A stretch of 64,000 bases of DNA from the human T2T-CHM13v2.0 reference genome, Homo sapiens: assembly GCF_009914755.1 (NCBI RefSeq), contig NC_060941.1; one strand, written 5' to 3'. Of the stretch, positions 1 to 18,865 are shown piece by piece (position 1 is the stretch's first letter; every line of letters begins with the position of its first letter). Below the pieces are notes generated by a model. That model was not told where the DNA came from. It did not search any database and saw only the letters and a program-made list of their open reading frames with translations. A program made the translations under genes and the position numbers.

Positions 1-318
1 CCCTTCCCATCAGGAGGGCTTCCCAAGAGAGCTTCGTCTCCTGCCCCGAGGAAGCTTTCCACTGACAAATCTACATATGGAGCCCAGGAATGGCCGGGCG
101 CAGAGAACCCACAAATGTACTCAGATCCCATCCCACCCTAGGACCCGGGCACTAAATCGTAAACAATATCACATGCCCTGAACGCTGTTTTCCCTTCTAC
201 CAGGGAATCCTATTTTATTCTGATTTCTCTTTTGGCTGATCTCACTAGAAACTCAGGCCAAGAGAAAACACATCATACAAGAAGCTAGGAACCATATTCT
301 ATTCCAGACCATTCATAT

Positions 319-351
319 CCTCTCTCTCTCTGCCTCTCTCTCTCTCTCTCC

Positions 352-383
<32 letters not shown>
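319..383. repeat. Compound (TC)n-(CA)n microsatellite
   Basis: ctctctctct...cttacacacacaca... read directly. Confidence 0.95.
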
Positions 384-385
<2 letters not shown>

Positions 386-2848
386 CAGCCATAAGTCAAA
401 ACAAGGGCTACAGCGAACTCTAAAGATTCACAATAACACAGCTATTTCCACACCTGTGCAACATTAACCTACTATGGTCTTCACCACCAAAGAGTGATTT
501 TTTAAAAAAACAAGCTAACATACAAACCCAACAAAACAGTTGTCAAATGTGGGTGATGTGGGTTTTACATGTAAAACATGCACACACACGCATACACACA
601 CACCCATATGCATGTATCTGCCTCAGGCAATGAAATTACCCACATGTTGCCCTTGAAGTATAGAGATTTTTATCCCATTTAACAGAAAGGGGTTTGAGGC
701 CCCGTCACTCACCCCAGGGAACACCGTGACTAAGCTGGAGGGCCCGGAGATGCTGGCAGTGCTCCCACTCTCTGAAGCCTCCTGGCACTTTGTTTCCTGA
801 CAAGTGACACTTTTGGCCTGCCTTTTGTCCTGGCTCACTTACCTGAGAGCAGGGACCATGGCTCCTATACCTTGGTGTCTGTCCCTAGGACCTAGCCTGG
901 TGCCTTTCATACAGTAGGTGCCCATGTAGCACCTATTGGATGAAATCTCCACAAAGCATAGGTTGGTAGGAATCAAGGCATAGAAAGGGTAACTTGGGGT
1001 CCCCACAGCACCGCCCTTTCCCCGCTCCCACTTCAACACTGTCCCACCTGCCTGGAAGCCCTGCCCTCCCCACACCTCACCCCAAGATGAAACGCCCAAC
1101 TCAGACATCACCTGGCTTCCTCTAGGCGATAAATTTCAAAACAGAAACATAGGGAATGAACACGGATGACCCCCTCGTTTTCTGAGTAAGTATCATTTTC
1201 AAAGCATTTGCCGTCCCACATCACTATTGTTTTACAAAATAAAGCACTTTCTAACACCAAAAGGTAGAAGGGATGTACTCTCAGCAGACAGAGCTGTCCT
1301 TGAAAGGACCGCGCCCAGCTTTGTGAGAAACTCGCCACTCTGTCCTGGTTCTTTTCATCTTGTCTCCAACCACAGACCCGCATCAGATGCCGGAGCCGCG
1401 TTTAGGAAGCGCCGTCCGGGAGGACAGCCAGTGGTGCCAACGGGGAAAGGAGCCAGGCCAGGAAGCCAGAAGCAGCGTGAGAGGGAGGCGGCTCCCAGTC
1501 AGAGGAGTGCAGATGTAGAGGAGGTGCCCGGGGTCCTGACCAAGAACTCCCGCCCCACCAGAGAACTGGAGTCCAGAGCTGGGACGCCAGCCAGGCTGGA
1601 GCAGGGATTCTTCTGGAGAGCTGAGCGAAGAACTGCAAGTCCTAACGACTCCCTCTGGACCCCGAGAGCCTTTCAGCTTCTCAGTTCGAGAGCGGGTGGC
1701 AAACTGTGTTCCAGGCTGGATCTCCATCCAGTCTCTAATTTTACACGAACGTGGTTCTCATTTTCCACCGTCGTTCCCTGTGAAATTCAAGAATGTAGTG
1801 GTCAGGATGATAAGCAGGAAACAAGGGTGAGGAGGGCTACCTGCCCTCTCAAGGCTAACGGGAGACCCCCTAACTTCCTTGGCCACCTCCCCATCCCACC
1901 TGCCGCACCCGCAGCCTGTGGAGGGGGCCCTGCAAACATCAGCTAGAAAGCCTGGGCAGCCAGCCCGCCACCCCAGAGCCACCCCCATCCTCCGCTCCAC
2001 CCCTACGTCCCACACCCCATCCAGCCACACACCTGGCACACAAGAGGGGAGTGCCTTTTCCATGCCAGGCACACACGCAATTCTCCTCCACCAAAGCGAC
2101 CGGCCTGTGGGCCTTCCCTCACTGGGCCACGTGGGAGGAAACGGGGATTGGTCTTGGAGGCTTTCCTGCCCCTTCCCCTTCTCCGCCAGGCCCCCTCTCC
2201 CTGTCCTCACGCTGCATCTCCTGGGTGGTTCTATCTGGGGTGTTAATGTTTAAGTGTGATCGATGGCTAATCCCAGGGGGCCTTGGATCTGGCTGCAACC
2301 TGGTGAGAATCACTGAGGGGGGCTATACAAATTGGGGGTGCCTCAATGTACCAGCATCTCTGGGACACATTTAAAGCAGTGTGTAGAGGGAAATTTATAG
2401 CACTAAATGCCCACGAGAGAAAGCAGGAAAGATCTAAAATCGATACCCTAACATCACATTAAAAGAACTAGAGAAGCAAGAGGAAACAAATTGAAAAGCT
2501 AGCTGAAGGCAAGAAATAACTAAGATCAGAGTGGAACTGAAAGAGATAGAGACACAAAAACCCTTCAAAAAATCAATGAATCCAGGAGCTGGTTTTTGGA
2601 AAAGATCAACAAAATTGATAGACTGCTAGCAAGACTGATAAAGAAGAAAAGAGAGGAGAATCAAATAGATGCAATAAAAAATGATAAAGGGGATATCACC
2701 ACCGATCCCACAGAAATACAAACTACCTTCAGAGAATTCTATAAACACCTCTAAGCAAATAAACTAGAAAATCCAGATGAAATGGATAAATTCCTGGACA
2801 CATACACCCTCCAAGACTAAACCAGGAAGAAGTTGAATCTCTGAATAG

Positions 2849-5155
<2,307 letters not shown>

Positions 5156-5204
5156 CACATATACACCATGGAATACTAGGCAGCCATTAAAAAAAGGATG
5201 AGTT

Positions 5205-5577
<373 letters not shown>

Positions 5578-5843
5578 TCATTCTCAGCAAACTATCACAA
5601 GGACAGAAAACCAAACACCACATGTTCTCACTCATAGGAGGGAACTGAACAATGAGATCACTTGGACACAGGGCGGGGAACATCACACACCGGGACCTGT
5701 CAGGGGGTGGGGGGCTGGGGGAGGGATAGCATTAGGAGAAATACCTAATGTAAATGACGAGTTGATGGGTGCAGCAAACCAACATGGTACATGTATACCT
5801 TTGTATCAAACCTGCACACTGTGCACATGTACCCTAGAACTTA

Positions 5844-6211
<368 letters not shown>

Positions 6212-6925
6212 TCACCCCAGAGACCCTGATCCAACAGGTCGAGGTGCGGCCCAGCCATCGAAGGTTTTAAAAGGTCCCCCGAAAATTCTAGTGTGCCGTT
6301 CAATTGAGAACCTCTGGTGCCAAAGGCCAAAGAGGCACCCCCGTGGGACCACTGTGTTAATAAATTGCCTCCCAGTCTTGTCATCTGGACAGAATGAAGC
6401 TCCAGGGCTTTGAGTGATTTAGAGCAGAACCACATGACACTTGGGGGTGGGGGCTCCAACTTGAGAAGCCATCCCAACACCCCAAGACAGGCACTGACCC
6501 AACACAAGAAATGTGCCCTTCTACTTCCCACTCCCATTCCCTGGGTCCTCCCTCTCCCCCTCTCAGATTCCAAGCTGGGCTCCAGGCTCAACGCCAATTC
6601 TCTGAAACCCAACTCTCCGAAGGGGGCCAACTCAGGGAGTTGTCTTAGCAGGCAAGTGGGGACTGGCCATCTTCCAGTAGGACCTCCCTCTGTGCTAGTT
6701 GTAAGGATGAAGTGAGATATTAAATGTAAAATGTTTTACTTTTTTTTACACGCGCATGGCGTATACACATGCTTCATAGAACCACGTACGCAGCTCTCAG
6801 AATTTCTCTTTTGCACCCATTTCAACTGTTCAGCTCTTCAATCCATCTTCAATTCCTCTTTCTCTGCTCCCCGAATATCCCCAGCGTCACTGCCTCAGCC
6901 CAGCACCTGGCGCAGCAGAGTGCTG

Positions 6926-6939
6926 CCCAGAGGTGGCGC
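6926..6939 (+). promoter_or_regulatory. Candidate CTCF motif inside an L2 3'-end relic
   Basis: CCCAGAGGTGGCGC resembles the CCASYAGRKGGCRS core; motif only, no binding data. Confidence 0.3.
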
Positions 6940-7399
6940 TCAGTGAATGGCTGAAATGATGGGATAAATACAGGTTAGCCCCGAGCGGCAGGTATATCTG
7001 AACGGCACCACCATCCGCCGGCCACTCCAGGTGGACACCTGGGCCCAGCCCCTCACTCCCCACTCCCCCTCACCATCCTGAGCCTGGCACCAAACCCCCC
7101 GCCCCACCATCCTAAGACTGCACCATCCTCCTGCCCTTTTCTCTGCAGCTGCCCCACTTCCACTCCACTCTCCAAATCAGGTTGGTCTTTGTCCACTGGA
7201 AGATATACACATGAAATTACTTACTAACCATTCCACTTTACCCAAGTGATTTGCTTTTTAGAACACAAACTTGAACTGAGTCGAGGTCATTTTTCCTCCA
7301 TGAAAGACATCTTCACTGGGTGCTTCCGATTCAGCACACATTCCTGAGAGCTGAGAACAGAGGGGTATAATCCCATGCCAGACCAAGGGAGTGTGGTTC

Positions 7400-7580
7400 C
7401 TGGGACGGGCACCTGTCTCATGGGACCTCTCTGTGTGCCTCAGTTTCCTCATCTGTAAAATGGGAGAATTACAGGAGCTCCCTGCAGAGTTGTTGTGAAG
7501 ATTAAATGAGTTGCTACATGCAAAACTTGGAGCGCAGCCTGGTCCAGTGTGTTAACATTATTATTATCACCATCATTATT
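7400..7580 (+). mobile_element. MIR
   Basis: Core gcctcagtttcctcatctgtaaaatggg...gttgttgtgaagattaaatgag. Confidence 0.85.
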
Positions 7581-9448
7581 ATTTTTAGGTGTGCAGAAAA
7601 AGGGCCTGAGGACTGCAGTTCTACACGGTAGCAAGTGATGGCTACAAAGTTGCTCAGTTGGTCACTTCCCTCCCCTCATAAAAATCCCTCCATGGCTCCC
7701 CGGTGCCCTCAGGCAAAGTCCTTCAGGATCTGGTCCCTGCTGATCTGGCAATCTCATTTTGCACCACACACGCCCAACCCAGTCAGCTGCAGCAACCAAC
7801 TTCTCTGGACCAGGTGGTGATTGGTCAGCACAGGGTTAGCCCTGAAAAAGGTTTGCTTTAAATCTGTTAATGCGGCAGGGTGAGTTTGCACAGCATCAGA
7901 TCACTATCCACCCTAGGCGGTGTCCTCTGGTTTAAGGGCAAAATGCAAATGATACATTTGGAAATAATCAGCAACCAAGATTACTTATCTGGGGCAAGGA
8001 GCTCTTCTTTCCCCAGCAAATGCTGCCCTATGGGGTCTGCCATATTTCCCGACCGCCGCTTGTGTGTGTTGCAGGCATCTTATCTCATTCGACATTATTA
8101 TTTTCTAGAGGATAAGATAGCAATGTTTGCTCAACTCAGTATTATCAACCCATGATTGCAGCTACCTGTACTTTATATTCACCGCCAAAACAGAAAAACA
8201 TCCTAAGACTTGTGAAATCAACCTGAATTGGGGGGTAGGCGTGGATATAAAAGAAAGAAGACCATCGTAAGAGCTCAGGAGTAACATATTATCCTGATTA
8301 AGTATGGGGGAGGAGTTAATGCACTGAGGTTAAAAATGCATCGTTTTTCTTTTCTTTTTTTTTTCTTTTTGCAAATTGTGTTCTTGTGTGTTTCATGATG
8401 ACTGATATGATATATCCTTGGCTTTCAGAGCAAGAAAAGTCATCAGGGTTTCATTTGTTATGTTTATGCCAAGAGAAATCAATCTCCACAGACACAGAGA
8501 AGGCTGCTCACACTCACGATGCTGTCTGGGGAATCGGCCAGTCACGCCCTTGGCGGACGGCAGAAGAGATACTGGGTAAGATATGCTTTGGGCTTATTGA
8601 TTACAAAGCTTCTTCATTACTTCTGTGGAGCTGCAGATCAATAGGCTCACAGAAACATAATAGATTTTTTTAGAAAATCAATTAAACAGAATATTTTTTA
8701 CAGAATTGAGTTTGCACAGCCGTGTCGTTGGTGTGCAGCTTCACATTTTTAATGCAGTTTCTCTGTAAGAGCCACGTTATAATGAAGAGGTGGCAAACCC
8801 TTGGTTAAAAGTTCACGCATAGCAATACGAATGGGTCAGATTAGAGGGAGGGAGACAGGACCGACTCTCCAGGGAAAGCAGAGAGCATCGCAGCCGCAGC
8901 CTTGCTGGAGAGCAGTGGTGTGGGGCACCTGACCTGCCTATTGCCTACATATCATCATATGGGCAAAACCTATCCGTGTGCCTCCTCTCAGTCTAAAAAA
9001 CGGAACTGAAACTTCTTGGAAAGCTCAGATTGACGTCTGAATTTCCCCATTCTGAAAGCAGAAGGAAGCTCAGCAGGCATAAAGGTGAAATACAGCCAGG
9101 CTGTGGCTGTCCAGATTTGCCGTGGCGTACACGCGGCTTTCTTTTCTAAGCTGTAGAGGAGTAGCTGCAGGAGCTGAGACGTGGGGTTCAGGCTTCGGAA
9201 CAGTGGTGGGGAGGGGCTTTGGCCTGAACCCCAGGCCCATGGGCCACACACATGGAGCTTTTCAGGTCACAGGTAGGTAAGCCATTTCCCACAGTGCCAG
9301 GTTTATGCAGAGTGACCCTTGCAGGCGTGCTGCAGTGCCCCAAATCACAGTCCTGAGCCAGCAGGGGCTGACACCATCCCTGATTCACTGTGCTTCCCTC
9401 CTGTTGCCGTGTTCCTCCTGGTTTGGTATGATCCTGGAAGACAGGCAT

Positions 9449-9656
9449 GAAGAAGAAAGAGAAGAAGGAGAAGGAAGAGGAGGAGGAGGAGGAGGGAGGA
9501 GGAGGGAGGAGGGAGAGGAGGAGGAGAGGAGAATGAAGAAGGGAAAAGAAGGAAGAAGGAGAAGGAGAAGGAGGAGGAGGAGAGGAGAATGAAGAAGGGA
9601 GAAGAAGGAAGGAGAGGAAGGAGAAGGGGGGGGAGGAGGAGGAGGAGGAGGATTAG
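9449..9656 (+). repeat. Purine-rich (GGA/GAA) low-complexity tract
   Basis: About 200 nt almost exclusively G/A. Confidence 0.95.
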
Positions 9657-9668
9657 AAGAATTATTAG

Positions 9669-9794
9669 CCATCCTGGCTAACCCGGTGAAACCCCGTCTC
9701 TACTAAAAATACAAAAAATTAGCCGGGCGTGGTGGCGGGCGCCTGTAGTCCCAGCTACTCGGGAGGCTGAGACAGGAGAAAAAAAAAAAAAGAA
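9669..9794 (+). mobile_element. Doubly truncated AluY fragment with A-tail
   Basis: Starts at ccatcctggctaac, ends at gacaggagaa followed by poly(A); TSD AAGAATTATTAG at 9657-9668 and 9795-9806. Confidence 0.9.
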
Positions 9795-10652
9795 AAGAAT
9801 TATTAGAAGAATTACTACAAGAATTGCAAGAAGAAAGTAGAAATTCCCCTCCCATTTCTGGGAACTCTACGAAGAACCGCTCACACGTATGCGGTGAGAA
9901 ACCCAGCAGGAAAGCCTCCTGAAAGTACTCCAGCTCTGCCGAACACAGGACTTCAATGTTCCCAACAGTGCATGATAAATAACAAGGCTATAACTCCACA
10001 GAGAAGCCCATTGATGACATTTAGAAATCTCCCTTAGCTTCGTTCTCATGGTTTGCATCGTCAGAACCCCAGGATGGAATCTCAACCTCAATTGATGTCC
10101 ATTTCGGGGGTGGATGTTGTTGAATCGCACTTCCTTTGTTCTGGCTCTTGTCCCCTTGGGCTTGTTCTTTGGTAGGCCCGGTGTTCCTCTGGGGGGCCTC
10201 TCTTCCTTCCCGCTCCACCCCAGGGAAGGACAGAGCGTTCTGCCCTCTGAAAATTTAGATTATTTACATCTCTAAAGGGGCATCACTAAAGGAGCAGTGT
10301 CTGGGCTTTGAGTTGCTTCTAACACTTCTCTGTAAATTCTCCCCATTTTGTTTTGTTTTGTTTTTACCCTGAATTAGTAAGATTCTGAATTGAATCCTGA
10401 AACCTGGAGTGAAATATGAAGTCCTCCTTTCTGCAGGGCTAGAATACAATCAGACCCCCAAATGAAGCTAAGGCAGCAGGCTGAGTTTGCCTGGAGACCA
10501 ACACGTGCCCGAAGGTGGAGACATTCATTCCCTTGTTCCTTCGCCTCCCTACAGGTAGCATCACTGGGGAGCAATCCAAGGGTGCTGAGGCTGCAAGTGT
10601 TGTTTGAGAAAAGGGGAACATTAGAAGGAAGTGCAAATGGAAGTCTTTCTGA

Positions 10653-11294
<642 letters not shown>

Positions 11295-11416
11295 TCAGCC
11301 TTTCACGTTTAATCGTTCAAAACTCGACCTGGATCCACAATAGACACTAGAATGCAAGACTCTGAGAAAACTCTAGGGAAGAACAATAGCACTGCCACAA
11401 AAAACAATGTGGAAAC

Positions 11417-11845
11417 TGTCAGGCCTCTGAGCCCAAGCTAAGCCATCATATCCCCTGTGACTTCCACGTATGCATCCAGATGGCCTGAAGCAACTGACGA
11501 TCCACAAAAGAAGTGGAAATAGCCTTAGCTGATGACATTCCACCATTGTGATTTGTTTCTTCTCCACCCTTAAGAAGGTTCTTTGTAATCTCCCCCACCC
11601 TTAAGAAGGTTCTTTGTAATTCTCCCCACCCTTGAGAATGTGCTTTGTGAGATCCACCCGCTGCCAGCAAAACATTGCTCCTAACTTCAATGCCTATCCC
11701 AAAACCTAAAAGAACTAATGATAATCCCACCACCCTTTGCTGACTCCTTTTTTGGACTCAGCCCGCCTGCACCCAGGTGAAATAAACGGCCTTGTTGCTC
11801 ACACAAAGCCTGTTTGGTGGTCTCTTCACACAGACACGTGAGACA
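11417..11845 (+). mobile_element. Solo LTR7 (LTR7B / type II repeat) of HERV-H
   Basis: TGTCAGGCCTCTGAGCCCAAG start and ...GAGACA end; tandem cccacccttaagaaggttctttgtaat repeats; AATAAA near 11781; 5-bp TSD GAAAC at 11412-11416 and 11846-11850. Confidence 0.95.
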
Positions 11846-12148
11846 GAAACAAGAAGCTCCCTCTATGTGCCCTGTAGGGACATTTTTCTTGGAGAATCGT
11901 AACTCTAAATTCTTACCTCGCAGAGAGGGACCCGATGGGACCTGTTTAGTAAATATTACTGAGTTCTGCCACTTGTCGACAATCTTCCAGGGAGATAACT
12001 CCTAATTAATTAGAAAAAGTGCCTGCCCTCGAGGCGCATACATTCTATGAGTGAGAGAAACAGACACAGATGTGACATGGATGCCGCAGCGCAAGGATTT
12101 TGTCTGCATGTTCATTGCTGAGTCCCCACGTTTAGAAGGGTACCCTGC

Positions 12149-12309
12149 ATACTTACCTGGCAGAGGAGACACCATGATCACAAAGGTGGTTTTCCCAGGG
12201 TTAGGCTCACATTCCAGGTGTGCTGACCCCTGCAATTTTCCCAAATGCAGGAAATTCAACTGCATAATCCGTGGGGGAGTGGGGGGGACTGTGTTTGCGC
12301 TTTCCCCTG
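12149..12309 (+). pseudogene. U1 snRNA pseudogene (RNU1-type), full length
   Basis: ATACTTACCTGGCAG...GCGCTTTCCCCTG; stem-loop II loop deleted; Sm site AATTTGTGG changed to AATCCGTGG; no PSE or 3' box recognisable. Confidence 0.95.
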
Positions 12310-12350
12310 TGGGTTTTTTTTTTTTTTTTCTAATATTAAAAAAAAGAAGA

Positions 12351-13148
<798 letters not shown>

Positions 13149-13535
13149 TTATGAACCAGACTGAGTCTGTATCATGGCATATGTCAGGTGGTAACAAGTG
13201 ATGTGTGTGCCGGGAAAAGTCTTCATAAGCACAAAACATAAAGGCCTTACAGGTGCTGAGTGTAAATAGCCTTGACCCTGAAGGAGGACTGCATTTTATA
13301 GCCCTCAAAATAGCCCCACACTCACCCTTTGCACACCTCACAATCAAGCCTATGGACCCCACACACACACACACACACACACCCCACATGCACAGGCACA
13401 CATGTCATCTCATCTACAACAGAACCTGCTGTCCACAGGCATTTTCTGCAGTGCCATGCCTCAGGCCTCATTTTCACACCCAGTGTAGGTCATTTTTAAC
13501 CCACTCCCCATACAACAAAAGGATTTTTGGTAATT

Positions 13536-14322
<787 letters not shown>

Positions 14323-14385
14323 GCTATAAAGTAATAGACGTTCTTTTTTGGTTTATGATTTAAAACTGTTTTCATAGAAGAATAA

Positions 14386-14784
<399 letters not shown>

Positions 14785-16158
14785 TCTTTCACTGTTTTAA
14801 ATTTGAATTGCAGATAAGGAGGATTTGTGGTCACACAGAATGACGGAGCTGAAAGAAGTCCAGCTCTGTTGCTTCATCGTTGCAATCCCTGTGCTGTCAT
14901 TGTGCATTTCTAATCTGTTTAATGAAGGAGAATGTAATTCTGCAGGGGTTGGTTACATAGACTACACCCAAGGCGCCTCAAATGATTCCACACCTTAGAA
15001 ACGTGAAAACCAGTGGCCATCCTTGTGCTGGGAGCTGACTGTACAACTGGCATTTTCCAAATTAACTGTCACAAAGAATGCAATGTTTATCAGAGTAAGT
15101 AATAAAAATGTGCTAATTTGAAGCTTACATATATATTATTAGAACTCAACAGTAAGCAGAACTTGTTTAGAACAGAGGCCAACCAAAAAAATTTTCAGGG
15201 ACATTGTTTAGAAGTGCGGATGCACGATGTTAATAAAAAGCAGACGAACTTTTAGCCAGTTTTATTATTGTTTGTAAATTTCCTACGGATACTGCATGTG
15301 CTCACTGCCTGCCCTGGGTGGCACACTGATTTCTCGTGGTGCAGGAGAAAGGAAGACTGTTATCTTGGCTTAGATGCTAAGCCTTCCTCGGGCCCCGCTG
15401 TGCCTAGAGACTGAGTGAAACCTCCAGGGCTGTGCCTGGTCTCTGAGCGCAGTGCTCAGAGAGCTGGTGGGCAGAGGACCTGGGAGGAGGGAACTCCACA
15501 AAGGCCCCTGAAGCTCTAACTGGGTATAAAGTCGAAGGAGGCTTCCCTCCATCCTGAGGCAGGGCAGCTTGCAAGGGATTTGAGGGCAGGGCCAGCCTAG
15601 ACAAAACCAGCACAGACCCCCAGTGGGTCGCCTGTGCAGGCCCTTCTCCCCTGGGGTACCCCAGCCCCCTGAGCCTGACCTCCTAGAGACTTGTCCTCCC
15701 TCCCAGCCTTTGGAACTTCCTACACTGCCCTTACCCCCTCATCCCCAGGGACACACCCCCGACCTGGAACTCATCGCTCAGCTAGAGACCAGCCAGGTGC
15801 CACCCTGAGTGGCTGGCCCTGCAAATGGAGGGGATCTGGATGTCTCCTGGCATGTGGCGGTGCCAGGCTGGTGAAGGAATGAAGTCACCAGGAAACAGAG
15901 AGGCAGTGGGAACAAGAAAGCAAGAAAGCAGAGGCCACCTGGCCCACACCCTCCAACCACCCTGCACCTGCACCTGGTTGCTGCTTCCTAAGCATGCGAC
16001 CTTTCTCCCCTGAATGCCCCAGGTTGCAGGTGGCCTCTTGGTGACAAGAAGACTCAGAGGTACTTATACACTTTGGAGTCGAGAGAAAGGGATTCAAACC
16101 CTGCCTGTCCCCTGTTTGCCCTCGGGCAACATTCCACCCCCCAGAAAATGAGACTGGA

Positions 16159-16480
16159 ACTGGGCACAGTGATTCACACCTGTAATCCCAGCATTTTGGA
16201 AGGACAAGGTGGGTGGATTGCTTGATCCCAGGAATTTGACCAGCCTGGGCGACATGGTGAAACATCATCTCTACAAAAAATGTATGTAAAAATTAGCCAG
16301 GCATGCTGGCACGTGCCTGTAGTCCCGGCTACTCAGGAAGCTGAGGTGGGAGAATCACTTGAGCCCACGAAGTCAAGGCTACAGTGAGCCATGATCGCAC
16401 CACTGCACTCCAGCCTGGGCAACAAAGTAAGACCCCATCTCAAAAAAAAAGAAGAAGAAAGAAAGAAAGAAAGAAAGAAA
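16159..16480 (+). mobile_element. AluJ with (GAAA)n tail
   Basis: Diverged dimer, aagtcaaggctacagtgagccatg. Confidence 0.9.
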
Positions 16481-17536
16481 AACAAGGCTGGAAGGCTGAG
16501 CAGGGTAACGGTGCCTGTGAGGATACCTGGTGCAAGGGTGGGCAGTCAGCCTTCACCTCCCACTCCCCTCCTTCTGGGCAAATGCTCATGGGCACATCCA
16601 AATAGTAGGGCACAGTGTCATTTGCCCTGAGCCCCTCTTCCCTGGCCCCACAACCAGGAAGGGGCTGACTTGCTCCCTAGAGTTAGCTTCCACCATTTAA
16701 TAGGAGCCTTTTGGAGAGATGGCAATCATTTTCAGCAGTCTCAGTGGAGGAGGCATTCAAGGACTTTAGGGTGACACCCAAGGTGGCTGCTGGGGCAGGC
16801 AGCCCTGTTTTGAGTTGAGCTGGAGTGGGAACAGGGTGGGAGAAGGAATGGAGGGTGAGCAGAGAGGCAGTTCCCACCCTGTCGGTATGCAAATCACTTG
16901 CTGCTGAGATAAATGATCCGGCAGGATGGCAGGCAGGGTTCCCAGCGGGAGTCATTTGTCATTTCTACTCCTGATGTGTGAGTGAGAGAGTGAGAGCCTC
17001 CCCCATCCCTCCCCGCGACACAGGTAGCTCAGCCAAGCCCCAGGTGCCCGGGACAAGAGGCATCTCCCAGACCTCCACCTCCCCGAGTCTGGAGAGGGGC
17101 CTGCCTGGCACAGTCCTGGACGTGGGTTCTCCCAGCGCTGAGCATGGGAGAATACTCCTTGGTGGCCAGAGAGTGGGCCCTTTGTCTCCTGGAAGGACGA
17201 TGTCAAACCACAAACCTCCCTCTCTTGGCAGTCAGCTCCCTGGCTAGTTGACAAGGCGTGCGTTGCTAAGATTATTCATGACATCAGCAGAGCCCAACCA
17301 TATCTGGGGTTCACAGGGCGGGCCTGGCACAGAGCAGGGAAGGGTCAGGCCAGGTTGTGTTCCAGCAAGAATGTGCGTCAAGTTTGGACCCCATGGGTTC
17401 GTGTGTAAATGATTGATGAAGGGACAGATGAATCAATCAATCCTGGAGATCCTGAATTTGCCAGAAATCCAATCCAACCATCCCGCCCTTTCCTATTTGG
17501 GCTCCTCGTCTTGAGAGCAAACGCTTGAGAACATCA

Positions 17537-18089
<553 letters not shown>

Positions 18090-18865
18090 CTAGAGCTCAG
18101 AACCTGCCCTTAGTAGGAGCCCAATAAATATTCGCTGATAAACAAACAATCAGAGAAGGCCCTCATAGGACCACATGGCATGGCCTTAATTCTGGAAAGA
18201 ATTAAAACTTTTTGGCACAGTTAGGGATTGAACTTACAACTTGGTGTAAAAAGCATATGGTCTCATTTTGTTCTTTTATTCTCTTGTTCTTTCACTCACT
18301 CACTCACTCATTCATTCAAGAACTATTTCTTGAGGACTCACTATGTGCTCAGCATTGGACAATGATGACTCTCAGTATGTCATGGGTTGCCAGTGAGCAG
18401 GACCCTGAACAGCGACCAGGGGCCTCTCTGCTGACAATGGCCAGAAGTTTCTAGACACAAAGGGCCCCACAGCTCTTGGTGAACCCCAGATATCACTGGG
18501 CTCTGCTGATCATGGAAAATCTTCGCAGCTCATGCACAGGACGCACATTTGTCAATTAGCCGGTGAGTTCACAAGCCAAAAGAAAGTGGTTCGAAGCTTT
18601 CCGTTGCCTTTCCAGCAGATGGAGTGTCTTGGCCAAATCCCAGCACCACCCAGGCTGCCTCCTCGGGAGGGTTCTTCCTTCTCTTGATGGAGAGGGGCTG
18701 GACAGGTCTGCCATCTCTCACTTGAGGTCCCCATCAGAACACTCTGAGGTCAACTCCACCTACAGCCTCCTACCACCAAAACTTGGGAAAACTCCTGAAA
18801 GGCAGATTTGATTCAACTCACTTCAGCAACACATTCTTTGATACCTACGACGCGCAAGGTCCTAC

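Noticed and set aside
835-846. Perfect minus-strand donor CAG|GTAAGT at 843
   Set aside because: No matching acceptor or ORF support; isolated consensus donors occur by chance at this scale
1227-1946. 239-aa ORF
   Set aside because: Non-ATG start, no recognisable domain, no exon structure
11565-11655. Short direct-repeat array resembling CRISPR
   Set aside because: No spacers; these are the tandem U3 repeats of LTR7B in eukaryotic DNA
12149-12309. Functional U1 snRNA gene
   Set aside because: Sm site and stem-loop II damaged, CpGs decayed, no snRNA promoter or 3' box
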